NCBI GenBank assembly: GCA_963744145.1 | Contig: CAVUSO010000001.1 | Span: 4,576,001-4,640,000, forward strand | Source: an uncultured cyanobacterium | Lineage (GTDB): Bacteria; Cyanobacteriota; Cyanobacteriia; Cyanobacteriales; CAWUOF01 | DNA length: 64,000 nt | Reading direction: 5' to 3' | Shown here: piece by piece, positions 29,172 to 39,577 of the stretch | Position numbering within the stretch: the first letter of the stretch is position 1 | How the letters are laid out: the number at the start of each line of letters is the position of its first letter | Translations under genes and position numbers: made by a program | The notes under the pieces: generated by a model | Databases searched by the model: none | Told to the model about the DNA's origin: nothing | What the model saw: only the letters and a program-made list of their open reading frames with translations

Positions 29172-29393
29172 CTAGAAAAAATGGTTCTACCGAAGGGGCG
29201 CAAGCGCAATACACTACTGCCTTAATATCCGGTATGTTTTAGTTAATTTGCGAAAATTTTGCTAGAATTGTTGGATGGAAACGCTTCTAGACGCTGCATG
29301 GCACTGCTAGCTTTGCCCCCAGGGAATGTTCAATCATGCGGAATTGGTAAATTTTACGGCTGGAAAATTAGAAAATTTGCAATAATTACCTCA

Positions 29394-30227
29394 ATGTTAA
29401 TTTGGCAAGCTGATTTTTATCGACGACCTTTACGGGATGCTTCTGGACAAATTCTGTGGGAGCTACTCATGAGCGATCGCTCGTCTGATTTTCAATATTC
29501 AGCTTTATGTCCTCAATCAGCAGCGAATAGTCATTGGTTAGTCTCCCAATTCCAATTAGCCCATGGGGGCATTTTACCTGATTTAATTCAAGTATTTCGT
29601 CCTCAATCCTTGGGTTTAATCGAAACTGCTAGCCAAAAATTGGGGATCAAGGTAGAACCAACGAGACATACTCAAGCTCTAAAGATATACTTGCAAGCGA
29701 GAGCCGAAGAGTATCCAAGGATGCAGGAATTTACAGGTGAAGTTTATCATCCATTGGCTCTAGAGCAACCCCCACCAGTGCCTTTAGCTGAAAAATTATG
29801 GGGCGATCGCTGGCGTTTTGCTACGATTACAGCCGATACAATTACTGAAGTGTTTGCTGAATACCCGATCCCCATTTTAGCGATCCCTGAATCTTTATTA
29901 CCAATTAATCTCGGATTAGCATCAACTGTACCTCTACCCGGTGTAGTTATTGATGGAGGAAGACAGTCAATGAGACTTGCTCAATGGTTACAGGAAGCTG
30001 ATCCCGTGGCACTTAATTATCTTCCTGGTGTACCTGATGGATTAATCCTGGAAGCAGGATTAATTGATCGTTGGGTTGTTGCTACTTTTACAGATCAAGA
30101 GGTAAAAACAGCAGGTCAGGCTTACGAAAATCGCAAAAAAATCAGCCAGGGATTACATTTTTTATTAGTACAACCAGATGATACTGGAATGACTTATAGT
30201 GGGTTTTGGCTTTTGCGAGATTCATAA
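29394..30227 (+). CDS. Tab2/ATAB2 family RNA-binding protein (start moved to ATG 29394)
   Basis: M.IWQADFYRRP, WELL, CPQS.ANS.WL, LWGDRWRF, GL.LEAGL.DRW, GLHFL.VQ. Confidence 0.9.
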   Translation: MLIWQADFYRRPLRDASGQILWELLMSDRSSDFQYSALCPQSAANSHWLVSQFQLAHGGILPDLIQVFRPQSLGLIETASQKLGIKVEPTRHTQALKIYLQARAEEYPRMQEFTGEVYHPLALEQPPPVPLAEKLWGDRWRFATITADTITEVFAEYPIPILAIPESLLPINLGLASTVPLPGVVIDGGRQSMRLAQWLQEADPVALNYLPGVPDGLILEAGLIDRWVVATFTDQEVKTAGQAYENRKKISQGLHFLLVQPDDTGMTYSGFWLLRDS

Positions 30228-30238
30228 GTTTTTCTGAC

Positions 30239-30478
30239 TTAATCTATTAATTGAATTAATCCGCTTTGCAGTCCTTCAAATACTCGATTTATTTGGCTCT
30301 GTTCGGAATCGTTAAAGGAATCTTGAGCCAGCATTGCTTTCATCAAGAGCATTCGATCCAGCTTAGTGATTTGGCGAAATTTAAAAATTCGCTCAATGAT
30401 CGCTTCCATAGAAAATTGGGGTAAAAACATTTGAGGTTTCATCCTCCTTGGTCGAAAATGATTTATACCAATACTCAA
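30239..30478 (-). CDS. Small hypothetical protein (start may be ATG 30409)
   Basis: ORF with plausible helical composition ending INRVFEGLQSGLIQLID. Confidence 0.6.
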   Translation of the reverse strand: MSIGINHFRPRRMKPQMFLPQFSMEAIIERIFKFRQITKLDRMLLMKAMLAQDSFNDSEQSQINRVFEGLQSGLIQLID

Positions 30479-30665
30479 TTATTCTAATATCAAATTTTGA
30501 TTATAGTAACTAGGTGATGAAACCCATCGAAAACTGTGATTATTGGCCAAAAGTATAAGTGATCCAAATCACTGACAAATCAAATTGGCGTAAAATAATT
30601 GCACTAATTTTTCGGTAAGATATCTCCATCGCTATCTATAATCAACCAAGCTAAGGATCAAGTTC

Positions 30666-31538
30666 ATGACTAACGCCAGAATCGGTATCATCGGTGGTAG
30701 TGGTTTATATAAGATGGATGCACTTCAGGATGTGGAAGAAGTAGAAATTAACACTCCTTTTGGTTCACCCTCCGATGCTGTGATTTTAGGAACTTTAGCA
30801 GAAACACCAGTAGCATTCATGGCTCGACATGGGCGCAATCATACTCTATTACCGTCCGAGTTACCGTTTCGGGCTAATATTTATGCGATGAAAAGTCTGG
30901 GAGTAGAATATTTAATTTCTGCTTCTGCGGTCGGGTCGCTCAAAGAAGATGTGAAACCCTTAGATCTGGTAGTACCTGACCAGTTTATCGATCGCACTAA
31001 AGATCGGATTGCGACATTTTTTGGAGAGGGGATTGTCGCTCATATTGCTTTTGCTGATCCAATTTGTCTTCAGTTGGCTAAAATTTTAGGAGACGCGATC
31101 GCATCTCTGAATTTACCTGATGTAACTCTGCATCGGGGTGGTACTTATATTTGTATGGAAGGACCAGCATTTTCGACCAAAGCTGAATCTCATCTTTATC
31201 GGAGTTGGAATGCAACTATTATTGGGATGACTAATTTAACTGAAGCAAAATTAGCGCGGGAAGCAGAAATTGCTTATGCTACTTTAGCATTAGTGACAGA
31301 TTATGATTGTTGGCACCCGGATCATGATAGTGTCACCGTCGAAATGATTATTGCTAATTTACATCGCAATGCTAGTAATGCTCAGAAAGTAATTCAAGCA
31401 ACAGTAGGACTTCTAAGTGAAAGTTATCCAACTTCTGATGCTCATTCTGCCTTAAAGAATGCCATTCTGACACCCTTAGATAAAGTTCCGGAAAACACTA
31501 AGAAGAAGTTGGAATTTTTGTTAAAAAAATATCTGTAA
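30666..31538 (+). CDS. mtnP: S-methyl-5'-thioadenosine phosphorylase
   Basis: [30 protein letters not shown]...[16 protein letters not shown]. Confidence 0.95.
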   Translation: MTNARIGIIGGSGLYKMDALQDVEEVEINTPFGSPSDAVILGTLAETPVAFMARHGRNHTLLPSELPFRANIYAMKSLGVEYLISASAVGSLKEDVKPLDLVVPDQFIDRTKDRIATFFGEGIVAHIAFADPICLQLAKILGDAIASLNLPDVTLHRGGTYICMEGPAFSTKAESHLYRSWNATIIGMTNLTEAKLAREAEIAYATLALVTDYDCWHPDHDSVTVEMIIANLHRNASNAQKVIQATVGLLSESYPTSDAHSALKNAILTPLDKVPENTKKKLEFLLKKYL

Positions 31539-31582
31539 TTTGGCTGAGTTTAAGCATTAAGTAATGAATGAACCGGATGGGA

Positions 31583-34500
31583 CTATAGCATCCAAGGAAT
31601 TTCAATCACAAACTCAGCTCCCTGATCTGGTGCAGAAATACAAGTGATGTTACCACTATGTTTTTGGACAATAATCGCGTGAGCAACGGATAACCCTAAA
31701 CCTGTACCCCCTCCTACAGGTTTAGTGGTGAAAAAGGGATCGAAAACACGCTGACGTACTGTTTCGCTCATTCCTGAACCATTATCTCGGATCTGAATAA
31801 TCACCGTCTTTTTCGAGTTGTTTACTTCGGTTGAAATCTGAATTGTCGGCTCTGGACATTGTGCTTGATTCATGCTTTCTAGGACATCAATAGCATTAGC
31901 AATAATATTCATAAATACTTGATTAAGTTGTCCGGGATAACATTCTACTAGGGGTAACTCCCCATAATTTTTAACAACTTTAATTTCCTTGTTAGTCGCA
32001 AGAGAATTAGTCATCTGATGTTCTTCTTCTAAGCTGTTTGATGAAGATAAACGATGCTGTAAAATTAGTAAAGTGCTATCTAGTCCAACATGAATATCAA
32101 CTCGTTTTCTGTCGCTTTCGTCGTGACGAGAAAAATTTCGCAAAGATAACACAATATCCCGAATCCGTTTAGCACCAATATTCATCGAATCTAAAAGTTT
32201 GGGGAAATCTTTTTTAATAAAACTGAAATCGATCGCTTGGATCTCTGAGGGAATTTTATCATCAGAGTCAGGATAAGCTCCTTGATAAGCATTAACTAAT
32301 CTGATTAAATCCTCCATATATTCATACGCATGAAGCACATTCCCATAAATAAAACTAATTGGGTTATTGATTTCATGAGCAATCCCTGCTACTAATTGAC
32401 CTAATCCTGTCATTTTTTCGGTCTGAATTAAATGAGTTTGGGTTTGCTGTAATTCTTTTAGAGTAAGTTCTAATTTAGCAGCTTTTTCTTTTATCTGTGC
32501 TGCTGATTCTTGTAAAAGGATATTTTTTTCCATCACTTCTTTAGTTCTTTCCTCTACCTTCGCTTCTAGGTTTTGATTATATTCTTCTAATTGGTGATTA
32601 GCTAAAGATAAATTTTTATAGAGAAAAGCATTTTCTAAAGAAATAGCAGCTTGACCAGTAATCAATTTTAAAACCTCTTGTCTTTGGATGGTAAAAGCTG
32701 ATGTAATTAGGTTATTTTCTAGATAAATTAAAGCTACTAAGCTACCTCGATTAAGAATCGGTATACACAGAACTGATTTAGGCTGATAATTAATTATATA
32801 GTGATCATTTCTAAACAAATCCTCATCACTGGCATTATTTAATACCAAATCTTTTTGAGTTCTGGTGACATAATTAATGAGCGATAGGGGTAAATTTTCT
32901 TCCTCGATTGAGGATAAATTTTCTTTCACGATGATTTTTTCAGGTTCCACTGAACCTAAAGCAGCTATCATTAGTTGATGATCTTTTACTAAAATCAAAG
33001 CACCGACTGTAGCACCAGCGTGTTCGATCGCAATTTTCATTAATTTTTCTAACAAACTGGTTAAAACTATTTCACTTGCTAAAGTTTGAGAAGCTTTCAT
33101 GATTGTAGCTAAATCAAAAATTGAAGAATTACTACTACTAGAGATTGATCCACTAGACTTGCGTGAGATAGTTTCTTCAATTTTAAGATTTTCCCCAGAT
33201 GACAGATTGGACAGGATTTGGGGATATCTGCACTCTAAATCTTTTACCTTGGTTTTAGCATCCCAACGTACATAACTATAATAGGCTGATTTTAGATAGG
33301 TTGCCCCAATTTCCGATTTTCCTGAAGCTAAATAAAATTCTGCGGCTATTTCGTATGCTAACGCTTCTTCTTGCAAATATTTATTATTTCTGGCACCGTT
33401 GATCGCGCGATCGTAATATTCCATTGCTTCCCAATTTTGCCCTTTTACCCTCAATATTTCTGCGCTGACTAATTCATATTTATGTTGATAATTGTTCGGG
33501 GCGCTTTCTGCCCAGGTTTTCAGAATTTTTTGATGAGCATCTACTCTAGTTAAATATTCATGTTGTTCATTTAGGTGACTGATTTGACCAAATTCAGCTA
33601 ACAGAGCTAAAGAATAATAAAAATTGTGAATCACTTGGGTTATATGTCCAGGAGCTGCTACTTTATATTGATCAGCAAGAGCAGCATTTTTAATTGCACC
33701 AGCAAAATCTTTAAATAAATAACATAGAATTGTTTTTGCTAGATAAAAGACAAACAGGGAAATTTGATTATTTGCCTTTTCTAAAATGGGCAACATTTCT
33801 GTTTCCTGAAAACTTGCACCATTCAAATTGAATTTATCAGTTACTTCTAAGAGCAAATTGTCAACTAATTGGTGCCAGATTTTAATATAATAGGTGCCAA
33901 ATCCTTGCTTGATTTTTATTAATAAATTTAGATACTGAGTCTGTTTATAGGCAATATTTTCTAAATCTTCTCCGACTAAAAATATGTGAGCGCAATAGTT
34001 TAAAGCACAGTAAGCAGCATATTCGACATCGCCGGTTTCTAGTCCAGATTGAACTCCTATTTGTAAAGCTTCTACTGTTTGTCTTGCATCTTCTTTCCAA
34101 TGTCGCACAGTCACATTAAAAAGAGTATAGACTTTAGCTGTAAGTTCCTTAGCATGAAATTTTTCTAGCAGTTTTAACCCGAGTTGACCCGCATGGTATC
34201 CTGTATCTAAATCTCCTAGCACTCCACAGAGAAGTAACCCATAAATACTATAAGCATAAGCTGCTAAACTACAATTACCATGTTCTAAGCAAAACTTAAT
34301 TTGGGTGAGGATAATTGGTAAAAAGATTTCCGGTTTAGCGATCGAAGCTGGACCAGAAATATTAATCAGAATTCTCAGTGCTGCAATTTGATTAGGATCG
34401 GTCATTTCTGGAGCATTTTCTAATTCCTCGAAAGCAGGTAGTTTGAGAATCGGATGCTCGGTCGCGATCGCTTCTAAATGAATTCCCAGCATTCCTAATA

Positions 34501-37177
34501 CTTCTATCCCTGTATCTATTGCTTTAGTTAGCTGGTTTTGAGCGATATAAGATTGAATTTTGATTTCATAGATTTTGACTTGATCAATTAAGGTAATTGC
34601 TCTTTGTAAAACCGCGATCGCAAGCTGTTCAGAGCGGTCAAAATTAGTATTTAAAAACTCGGCTTCTGCTGCTTCTGTATGAAGTTGCAAAGTCATGTTA
34701 TAGTCAATTTCCCAGCTTTGATCTGGTAGGAGTTCTAATCCTACCTGAAAATACTTAACTGCTGCATCATAAGCAGTTGCTGTTTTGGCTTTTTGACCTG
34801 CAATCAGATTCAAATTAGCCAATTCGTTTTTTTCCGACTGTTCCCTAATTAAATCTTTACCAAAATTGAGTTGATTGACTAGAGCAAAAATATTGTCCTT
34901 TTGACTACTAGGATTAATCTTCTTTAATAAGAGCTTACCAATTTGAAAATGGGTAGATTTTTTCTCAGATTCGGGAATTAAGGAATAAGCTGCTTGTTGG
35001 ACACGGTCATGTAAAAACTTATAGTCTACTTTCGTATCCTTCAAGCTAACTTCTTCTAGTTCTTCTCCTCCCAAAGTGAGGGGAATTTTGTAATTTTCAT
35101 TTAAGGGCAAAATTAATCCTAATTGGAGAGCGGACCAGAGATGTTCGCTGGTAATTAAGTTCGATTCTTGATTAACTATTGCTAAAATATCTAAGTTAAA
35201 TGTATTGCCAATACAAGCAGCTAGCTGTAATACTTTTTGGGTAGCGATTGCCAGCTTTTGAATATTTCTGGCTAATAATTCTACCACACTATAATCGGTG
35301 ATTCCTACAGTTTGAATTTCTTTAATGTCCCATTTCCAAGTATAATCATTTAGGTCATAACTTAACAAATTTTCTGTATATAAAGTCCGGAGTAACTGAG
35401 TTAAAAAAAACGGATTTCCTTGGGTTTTATTAAACAGTAATTCCCCGAGGGATTGCAGGTTTTTGGTTGGGAGTGATGCGGTTAAAGTTTCGGCTATTAA
35501 GGTAGTAACATGGGTGAGTTGTAAAGGTTTAATAGTGATATAATTAACGGGAGTACCTGTAGTCTGAATTTTTTCTAAAGTTTGGATTAAAGGATGGGTA
35601 TGATCTACTTCATTATCCCGATAAGCTCCAATCATTAGAAAATATTTATGGTCAGATTCACTCATCAAAATTTGAATTAATTTCAGAGAAGCAGAATCAG
35701 CCCACTGTAGATCATCGAGGAACAATACTAACGGATGTTGTGGTTGACAAAACACTCGAAAAAATTGTTGAAATACCCGATTAAAACGGTTTAGTGATTC
35801 GGTTGGACCTAATTCAGCGACAGGGAGTTGAGTACCAATAATCAGTTCAACTTCGGGAATAACATTAGTAATTACTGCACCATTCTCATCAAGAGCTTTT
35901 AACAAATTCTCTTTCCAAATCTCAATTTGTGCGGCACTTTCTGTTAAGATTTGCTGGATTAATAGTTGAATTGCTTGAATTAAGGAAGCGTAGGGAATAT
36001 TCCGTTTAAACTGGTCAAATTTTCCGGCGATAAAGTATCCTCTTGCGGCTACAATTGGTTTATGTACTTCATTGACGATCGCGGTTTTCCCAATCCCAGA
36101 ATAACCACTTACTAACACCATTTCCGCTCTACCAATCTCTGGGGATTCTGACTCGAATGTAGCGATTCGCTCAAAAGCTGACATTAAGCTAGCTACTTCT
36201 TCTTCCCGACCATACAGCTTTTGGGGAATAATTAATTGGGGACATATATCTTTAGTACCTAAACTAAAGGGTAAAATTGTCCCAGTTGTTTCTAATTGAG
36301 TTAAACAAGTTTCTAAGTCAGCTTTTATGCCGATCGCACTTTGATATCTTTGTTCAGCAGTTTTCGCTAATAGTTTCATTGTGATTTCAGATATAACTTT
36401 GGGAATATCTGGATTTAAAACCACTGGTGCTAGGGGATATTTGGCAATATGACAATAGACTAATTCCATTGCATCACTGGTGGAAAAAGGTAATACCCCT
36501 GTGAGCATTTCATAAAAAGTTACCCCGAGGGAATAAAAATCACTGCGATAATCAATTGAGCGATTCATTCTCCCTGTTTGCTCTGGGGAAATATAGGGTA
36601 ATGTTCCTTCTAAACAATGGGGATCACTAACTCTCTGGAATTCCTTTGATAAACGTGATGAAATACTAAAATCTGTGATTTTTATTTGTCCTGTAGCCTG
36701 ATTGATAATAATATTTCTCGGTTTAATATCTTTATGAATAATGGGGATTTGGTGAATTTCTCCTAAGGTTGTTACTAACTCGATCGCAATTTTCAAAAAA
36801 CTGTCTATATCATTTTTCAAACTGGGAATGAAATGGTCTAAGGATTGACCCCCAGAATCTTCCATGATTAAAGCAAAGCTATGGTTATATCTTTCCAATC
36901 CCATACATTTAACTATGCCTGGGAAATTTAAGTCTTTAGTAATTTCATATTGATGTTTTAAATTGGCAATATCAATGGGACGGGGAAAATCAGCTTTCAG
37001 TACCTTGATAATCACGGATTGTTGATTGGCAATCTTTTGACCTCGGTAAATAATAGTTTTTTGTCCTTCATTAATTTTTGTTAATTCTGTATATCCTGGT
37101 AAATTAATCATTTTTTTCTTGATTGATTCTAAAATTTGACCAAAATTGCTAGTATTTTTAGGTAGGAGAATCATCAA
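31583..37177 (-). CDS. Ser/Thr kinase-AAA ATPase-GAF-histidine kinase hybrid (HstK type)
   Basis: HKDIKPRN, PEQTGRMNR, Walker A GYSGIGKT, LDDLQWAD, GAF YLENN, H-box AHEINNP, DNG.G and GTGLGL. Confidence 0.93.
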   Translation of the reverse strand: MMILLPKNTSNFGQILESIKKKMINLPGYTELTKINEGQKTIIYRGQKIANQQSVIIKVLKADFPRPIDIANLKHQYEITKDLNFPGIVKCMGLERYNHSFALIMEDSGGQSLDHFIPSLKNDIDSFLKIAIELVTTLGEIHQIPIIHKDIKPRNIIINQATGQIKITDFSISSRLSKEFQRVSDPHCLEGTLPYISPEQTGRMNRSIDYRSDFYSLGVTFYEMLTGVLPFSTSDAMELVYCHIAKYPLAPVVLNPDIPKVISEITMKLLAKTAEQRYQSAIGIKADLETCLTQLETTGTILPFSLGTKDICPQLIIPQKLYGREEEVASLMSAFERIATFESESPEIGRAEMVLVSGYSGIGKTAIVNEVHKPIVAARGYFIAGKFDQFKRNIPYASLIQAIQLLIQQILTESAAQIEIWKENLLKALDENGAVITNVIPEVELIIGTQLPVAELGPTESLNRFNRVFQQFFRVFCQPQHPLVLFLDDLQWADSASLKLIQILMSESDHKYFLMIGAYRDNEVDHTHPLIQTLEKIQTTGTPVNYITIKPLQLTHVTTLIAETLTASLPTKNLQSLGELLFNKTQGNPFFLTQLLRTLYTENLLSYDLNDYTWKWDIKEIQTVGITDYSVVELLARNIQKLAIATQKVLQLAACIGNTFNLDILAIVNQESNLITSEHLWSALQLGLILPLNENYKIPLTLGGEELEEVSLKDTKVDYKFLHDRVQQAAYSLIPESEKKSTHFQIGKLLLKKINPSSQKDNIFALVNQLNFGKDLIREQSEKNELANLNLIAGQKAKTATAYDAAVKYFQVGLELLPDQSWEIDYNMTLQLHTEAAEAEFLNTNFDRSEQLAIAVLQRAITLIDQVKIYEIKIQSYIAQNQLTKAIDTGIEVLGMLGIHLEAIATEHPILKLPAFEELENAPEMTDPNQIAALRILINISGPASIAKPEIFLPIILTQIKFCLEHGNCSLAAYAYSIYGLLLCGVLGDLDTGYHAGQLGLKLLEKFHAKELTAKVYTLFNVTVRHWKEDARQTVEALQIGVQSGLETGDVEYAAYCALNYCAHIFLVGEDLENIAYKQTQYLNLLIKIKQGFGTYYIKIWHQLVDNLLLEVTDKFNLNGASFQETEMLPILEKANNQISLFVFYLAKTILCYLFKDFAGAIKNAALADQYKVAAPGHITQVIHNFYYSLALLAEFGQISHLNEQHEYLTRVDAHQKILKTWAESAPNNYQHKYELVSAEILRVKGQNWEAMEYYDRAINGARNNKYLQEEALAYEIAAEFYLASGKSEIGATYLKSAYYSYVRWDAKTKVKDLECRYPQILSNLSSGENLKIEETISRKSSGSISSSSNSSIFDLATIMKASQTLASEIVLTSLLEKLMKIAIEHAGATVGALILVKDHQLMIAALGSVEPEKIIVKENLSSIEEENLPLSLINYVTRTQKDLVLNNASDEDLFRNDHYIINYQPKSVLCIPILNRGSLVALIYLENNLITSAFTIQRQEVLKLITGQAAISLENAFLYKNLSLANHQLEEYNQNLEAKVEERTKEVMEKNILLQESAAQIKEKAAKLELTLKELQQTQTHLIQTEKMTGLGQLVAGIAHEINNPISFIYGNVLHAYEYMEDLIRLVNAYQGAYPDSDDKIPSEIQAIDFSFIKKDFPKLLDSMNIGAKRIRDIVLSLRNFSRHDESDRKRVDIHVGLDSTLLILQHRLSSSNSLEEEHQMTNSLATNKEIKVVKNYGELPLVECYPGQLNQVFMNIIANAIDVLESMNQAQCPEPTIQISTEVNNSKKTVIIQIRDNGSGMSETVRQRVFDPFFTTKPVGGGTGLGLSVAHAIIVQKHSGNITCISAPDQGAEFVIEIPWML

Positions 37178-37196
37178 CTTTCCCCTACCTCAATCC

Positions 37197-39524
37197 TTAT
37201 AACCAAGCGTCCCATTCACCGATAATCTTTTTATTATACTGAAGGGCAAAAACACCTGTTAAAATCGCACGAGCTGCTTGCATAGCTGACATTACTGTAG
37301 CTTCCACACAGCCAGAGTTATAACCGTTATTAATCCAATCACCGACTAAATAAAGATGATTGAAACCAGATTCATCAGTTTTTAAACGGTATTTACTACT
37401 CCCTGGAACCGAAAGGACATAACGCTCTGATGGATCAATATTAACACGCCAATATTGAGAATTAAATCTTTTCTGTCCTATTTGATTGTCTAAATCAACT
37501 AACAAGTTCCAATTCAGTCCTTGGGGATTGTCTGGTCGAGTAGCTTCGGGCCACAAATTCCCAATTTGGTTTTCTAAGAAGTTGATTGCTTGTTGTTCAA
37601 TTTTTTGCTGCTCTCGGTGAGGAAAATCGCGATCGCTACTCGGTGGAATGCCTGGATCAGCAATTACACCAGTAAAATAGGCGATACTATAGGGAGAATG
37701 TTCGGAAGGCCAATTTTCCGCTTGAATGAGATCGCTCAGATCAGCGTAGGTATCTAATGGTTCCACATAGGAACCTACAACCGGACTAGACAAGTTCCAT
37801 CCTAGTTGCTGTAATTTCGGTTTTAGCCACAATTGTCCCCCTTGGGTGGTAACTGTGGCAATTTGGTCTACCATATTTGCCCATTTTTGATGAGCTGGAT
37901 TTTTTTCAGCCTGAATCAATTCCTCACATATAAATGGTAAAGCTGCTAAAGAAATCCCTAAGATGACTAAATCAAAGTCTTTTCCCTGGGTTAAATTAAT
38001 TGGTGTTTCTTGATCTTGCCAAGGAGTCCAAAAAGATTCTAAATTAATCTTCTCTTGTTGAAGTTGATCTGCTTCCACAATTTGGTCATAGAGAGGTTCA
38101 CTGGGCCAGCAAAGTAAATCTTTTACTCTGATCAGAGGTTGATATTCTAAATCAGGATTTTTCAGATGTACCTGACGTCCAATGGAAATACTGGTAATCG
38201 ATCGCTGGGATTCATCAAGATGTAGGTGTTTGACACGATGGAAAAATTCAAATTTAACCCCTCGACGTTTCAACACTTGATAAAGAGGTGTAAAAATAGT
38301 ATCTCCCATGCCAGCCTGCATTTTCCACATGATCGCACCATGATACTGGAAGATAATAGTAAAAAAAATGCGAAGAGCAGTACCTGCGGCTAATCTAGGC
38401 TGTTGAATATTCCCCTTGGGAAAGGCATAAACTAGATCGTATAAAACCCGAATAAAAGCAGAATTTACGCTACTTTTCTTAGCGCCATGATGAAGTAACC
38501 ACTCTTTATAATCGTATTCATCTAATTCCGCTAGGGAACGACCATAAATTATTTCATCGACGATCAACCCACGAATATTAGCAAGTCCTAAATCTAACAA
38601 GGTTAAAATCCTGACCACATCCTCATTTTGGGTTAACTCTGATCGGAGTGCCTCGTTTAACCGATCCATAAATAGTTGTAGCAAATGCAGGATCAGGTGA
38701 TGGTGTTCTCTTCGATGAAAACGGGGATGATTTGGTAGAGATTTAGCGATTTGATAAGCCAGAGTAAGTAAAGTTGATTCAGCCGATAAATTAATGGTTT
38801 CTAAAATGGTTATTATTTGTTTAGTCGAGTCTTCTAGCCATTTTAACCAGCGGATTGGTTCCTGAATTAATAATTGAATTAGCTGTTGGGGAAAATGAAG
38901 TAATGTTGCGGCTGAGATCAATCTAAAAATATCCCAACTCATGTTCATTTGTTTAACTAAAAGTTCTAGCCATTCTGGATAACTGGATCTAGATGATCGA
39001 TGACTAGATAACTTGGCTTTTAAATATTCAGAACTTTCAAAAACCTCAGCCATTAATTTGATAATTGTGCTTATATGTTCCCATAATGCAAACTTACCTC
39101 CCCCTTCCCAAGGTAATAATTTATTAGTCGGAAAATCAAATGGCCATGAAACCCATTTACCATTAAGGTATTCTTGTAAAACAACTAAGCTATGGGGTTT
39201 AAAAGCATCTTCGATCGTCGCAAATGGACCGTCTTCTCCTAACTCTTCATAACACTGTTTCATCATTTTAAAAGCATTCTCATAAAAGCCGAAGAAAATA
39301 TGCAATCCATGTTCCTCAATCCGATAAGTTGGTTCGTGGTAAGGTTGATGTTCCTTGATATCTCTACCAGAAGCTCCTTTACCACCTAAACGCCAACCTT
39401 GTTGATATACAGTAATATCATACATGGCATTCCATCCAGGTTGATTAGTCAGTTCAAAAACTGTAGTTAAGGATGCTAATCCCCCTCCTAAAACAGCAAT
39501 TTTTTTCAGTTCAGGTGTTTCCAT
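37197..39524 (-). CDS. FAD/NAD(P)-binding oxidoreductase (carotenoid-desaturase-like fold, uncharacterised subfamily)
   Basis: KIAVLGGG, GWRLGGKGASGR, EEHGLH.FFG.Y.NAF, MQAGMGD, LYL.GDW...GCVEA.V.S. Confidence 0.82.
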   Translation of the reverse strand: METPELKKIAVLGGGLASLTTVFELTNQPGWNAMYDITVYQQGWRLGGKGASGRDIKEHQPYHEPTYRIEEHGLHIFFGFYENAFKMMKQCYEELGEDGPFATIEDAFKPHSLVVLQEYLNGKWVSWPFDFPTNKLLPWEGGGKFALWEHISTIIKLMAEVFESSEYLKAKLSSHRSSRSSYPEWLELLVKQMNMSWDIFRLISAATLLHFPQQLIQLLIQEPIRWLKWLEDSTKQIITILETINLSAESTLLTLAYQIAKSLPNHPRFHRREHHHLILHLLQLFMDRLNEALRSELTQNEDVVRILTLLDLGLANIRGLIVDEIIYGRSLAELDEYDYKEWLLHHGAKKSSVNSAFIRVLYDLVYAFPKGNIQQPRLAAGTALRIFFTIIFQYHGAIMWKMQAGMGDTIFTPLYQVLKRRGVKFEFFHRVKHLHLDESQRSITSISIGRQVHLKNPDLEYQPLIRVKDLLCWPSEPLYDQIVEADQLQQEKINLESFWTPWQDQETPINLTQGKDFDLVILGISLAALPFICEELIQAEKNPAHQKWANMVDQIATVTTQGGQLWLKPKLQQLGWNLSSPVVGSYVEPLDTYADLSDLIQAENWPSEHSPYSIAYFTGVIADPGIPPSSDRDFPHREQQKIEQQAINFLENQIGNLWPEATRPDNPQGLNWNLLVDLDNQIGQKRFNSQYWRVNIDPSERYVLSVPGSSKYRLKTDESGFNHLYLVGDWINNGYNSGCVEATVMSAMQAARAILTGVFALQYNKKIIGEWDAWL

Positions 39525-39577
39525 AATTTTTGAGGTGGTAAATTAATGAATTGTCTGTATATTAGGCAGAGGTTACT

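Noticed and set aside
29192..29217. gaaggggcgcaagcgcaatacactac, similar to the palindrome inside tnpB
   Set aside because: Too degenerate to call; possibly a decayed copy.
29259..29393. N-terminal extension of the Tab2 ORF
   Set aside because: It has a TTG start, and family similarity begins at ATG 29394.
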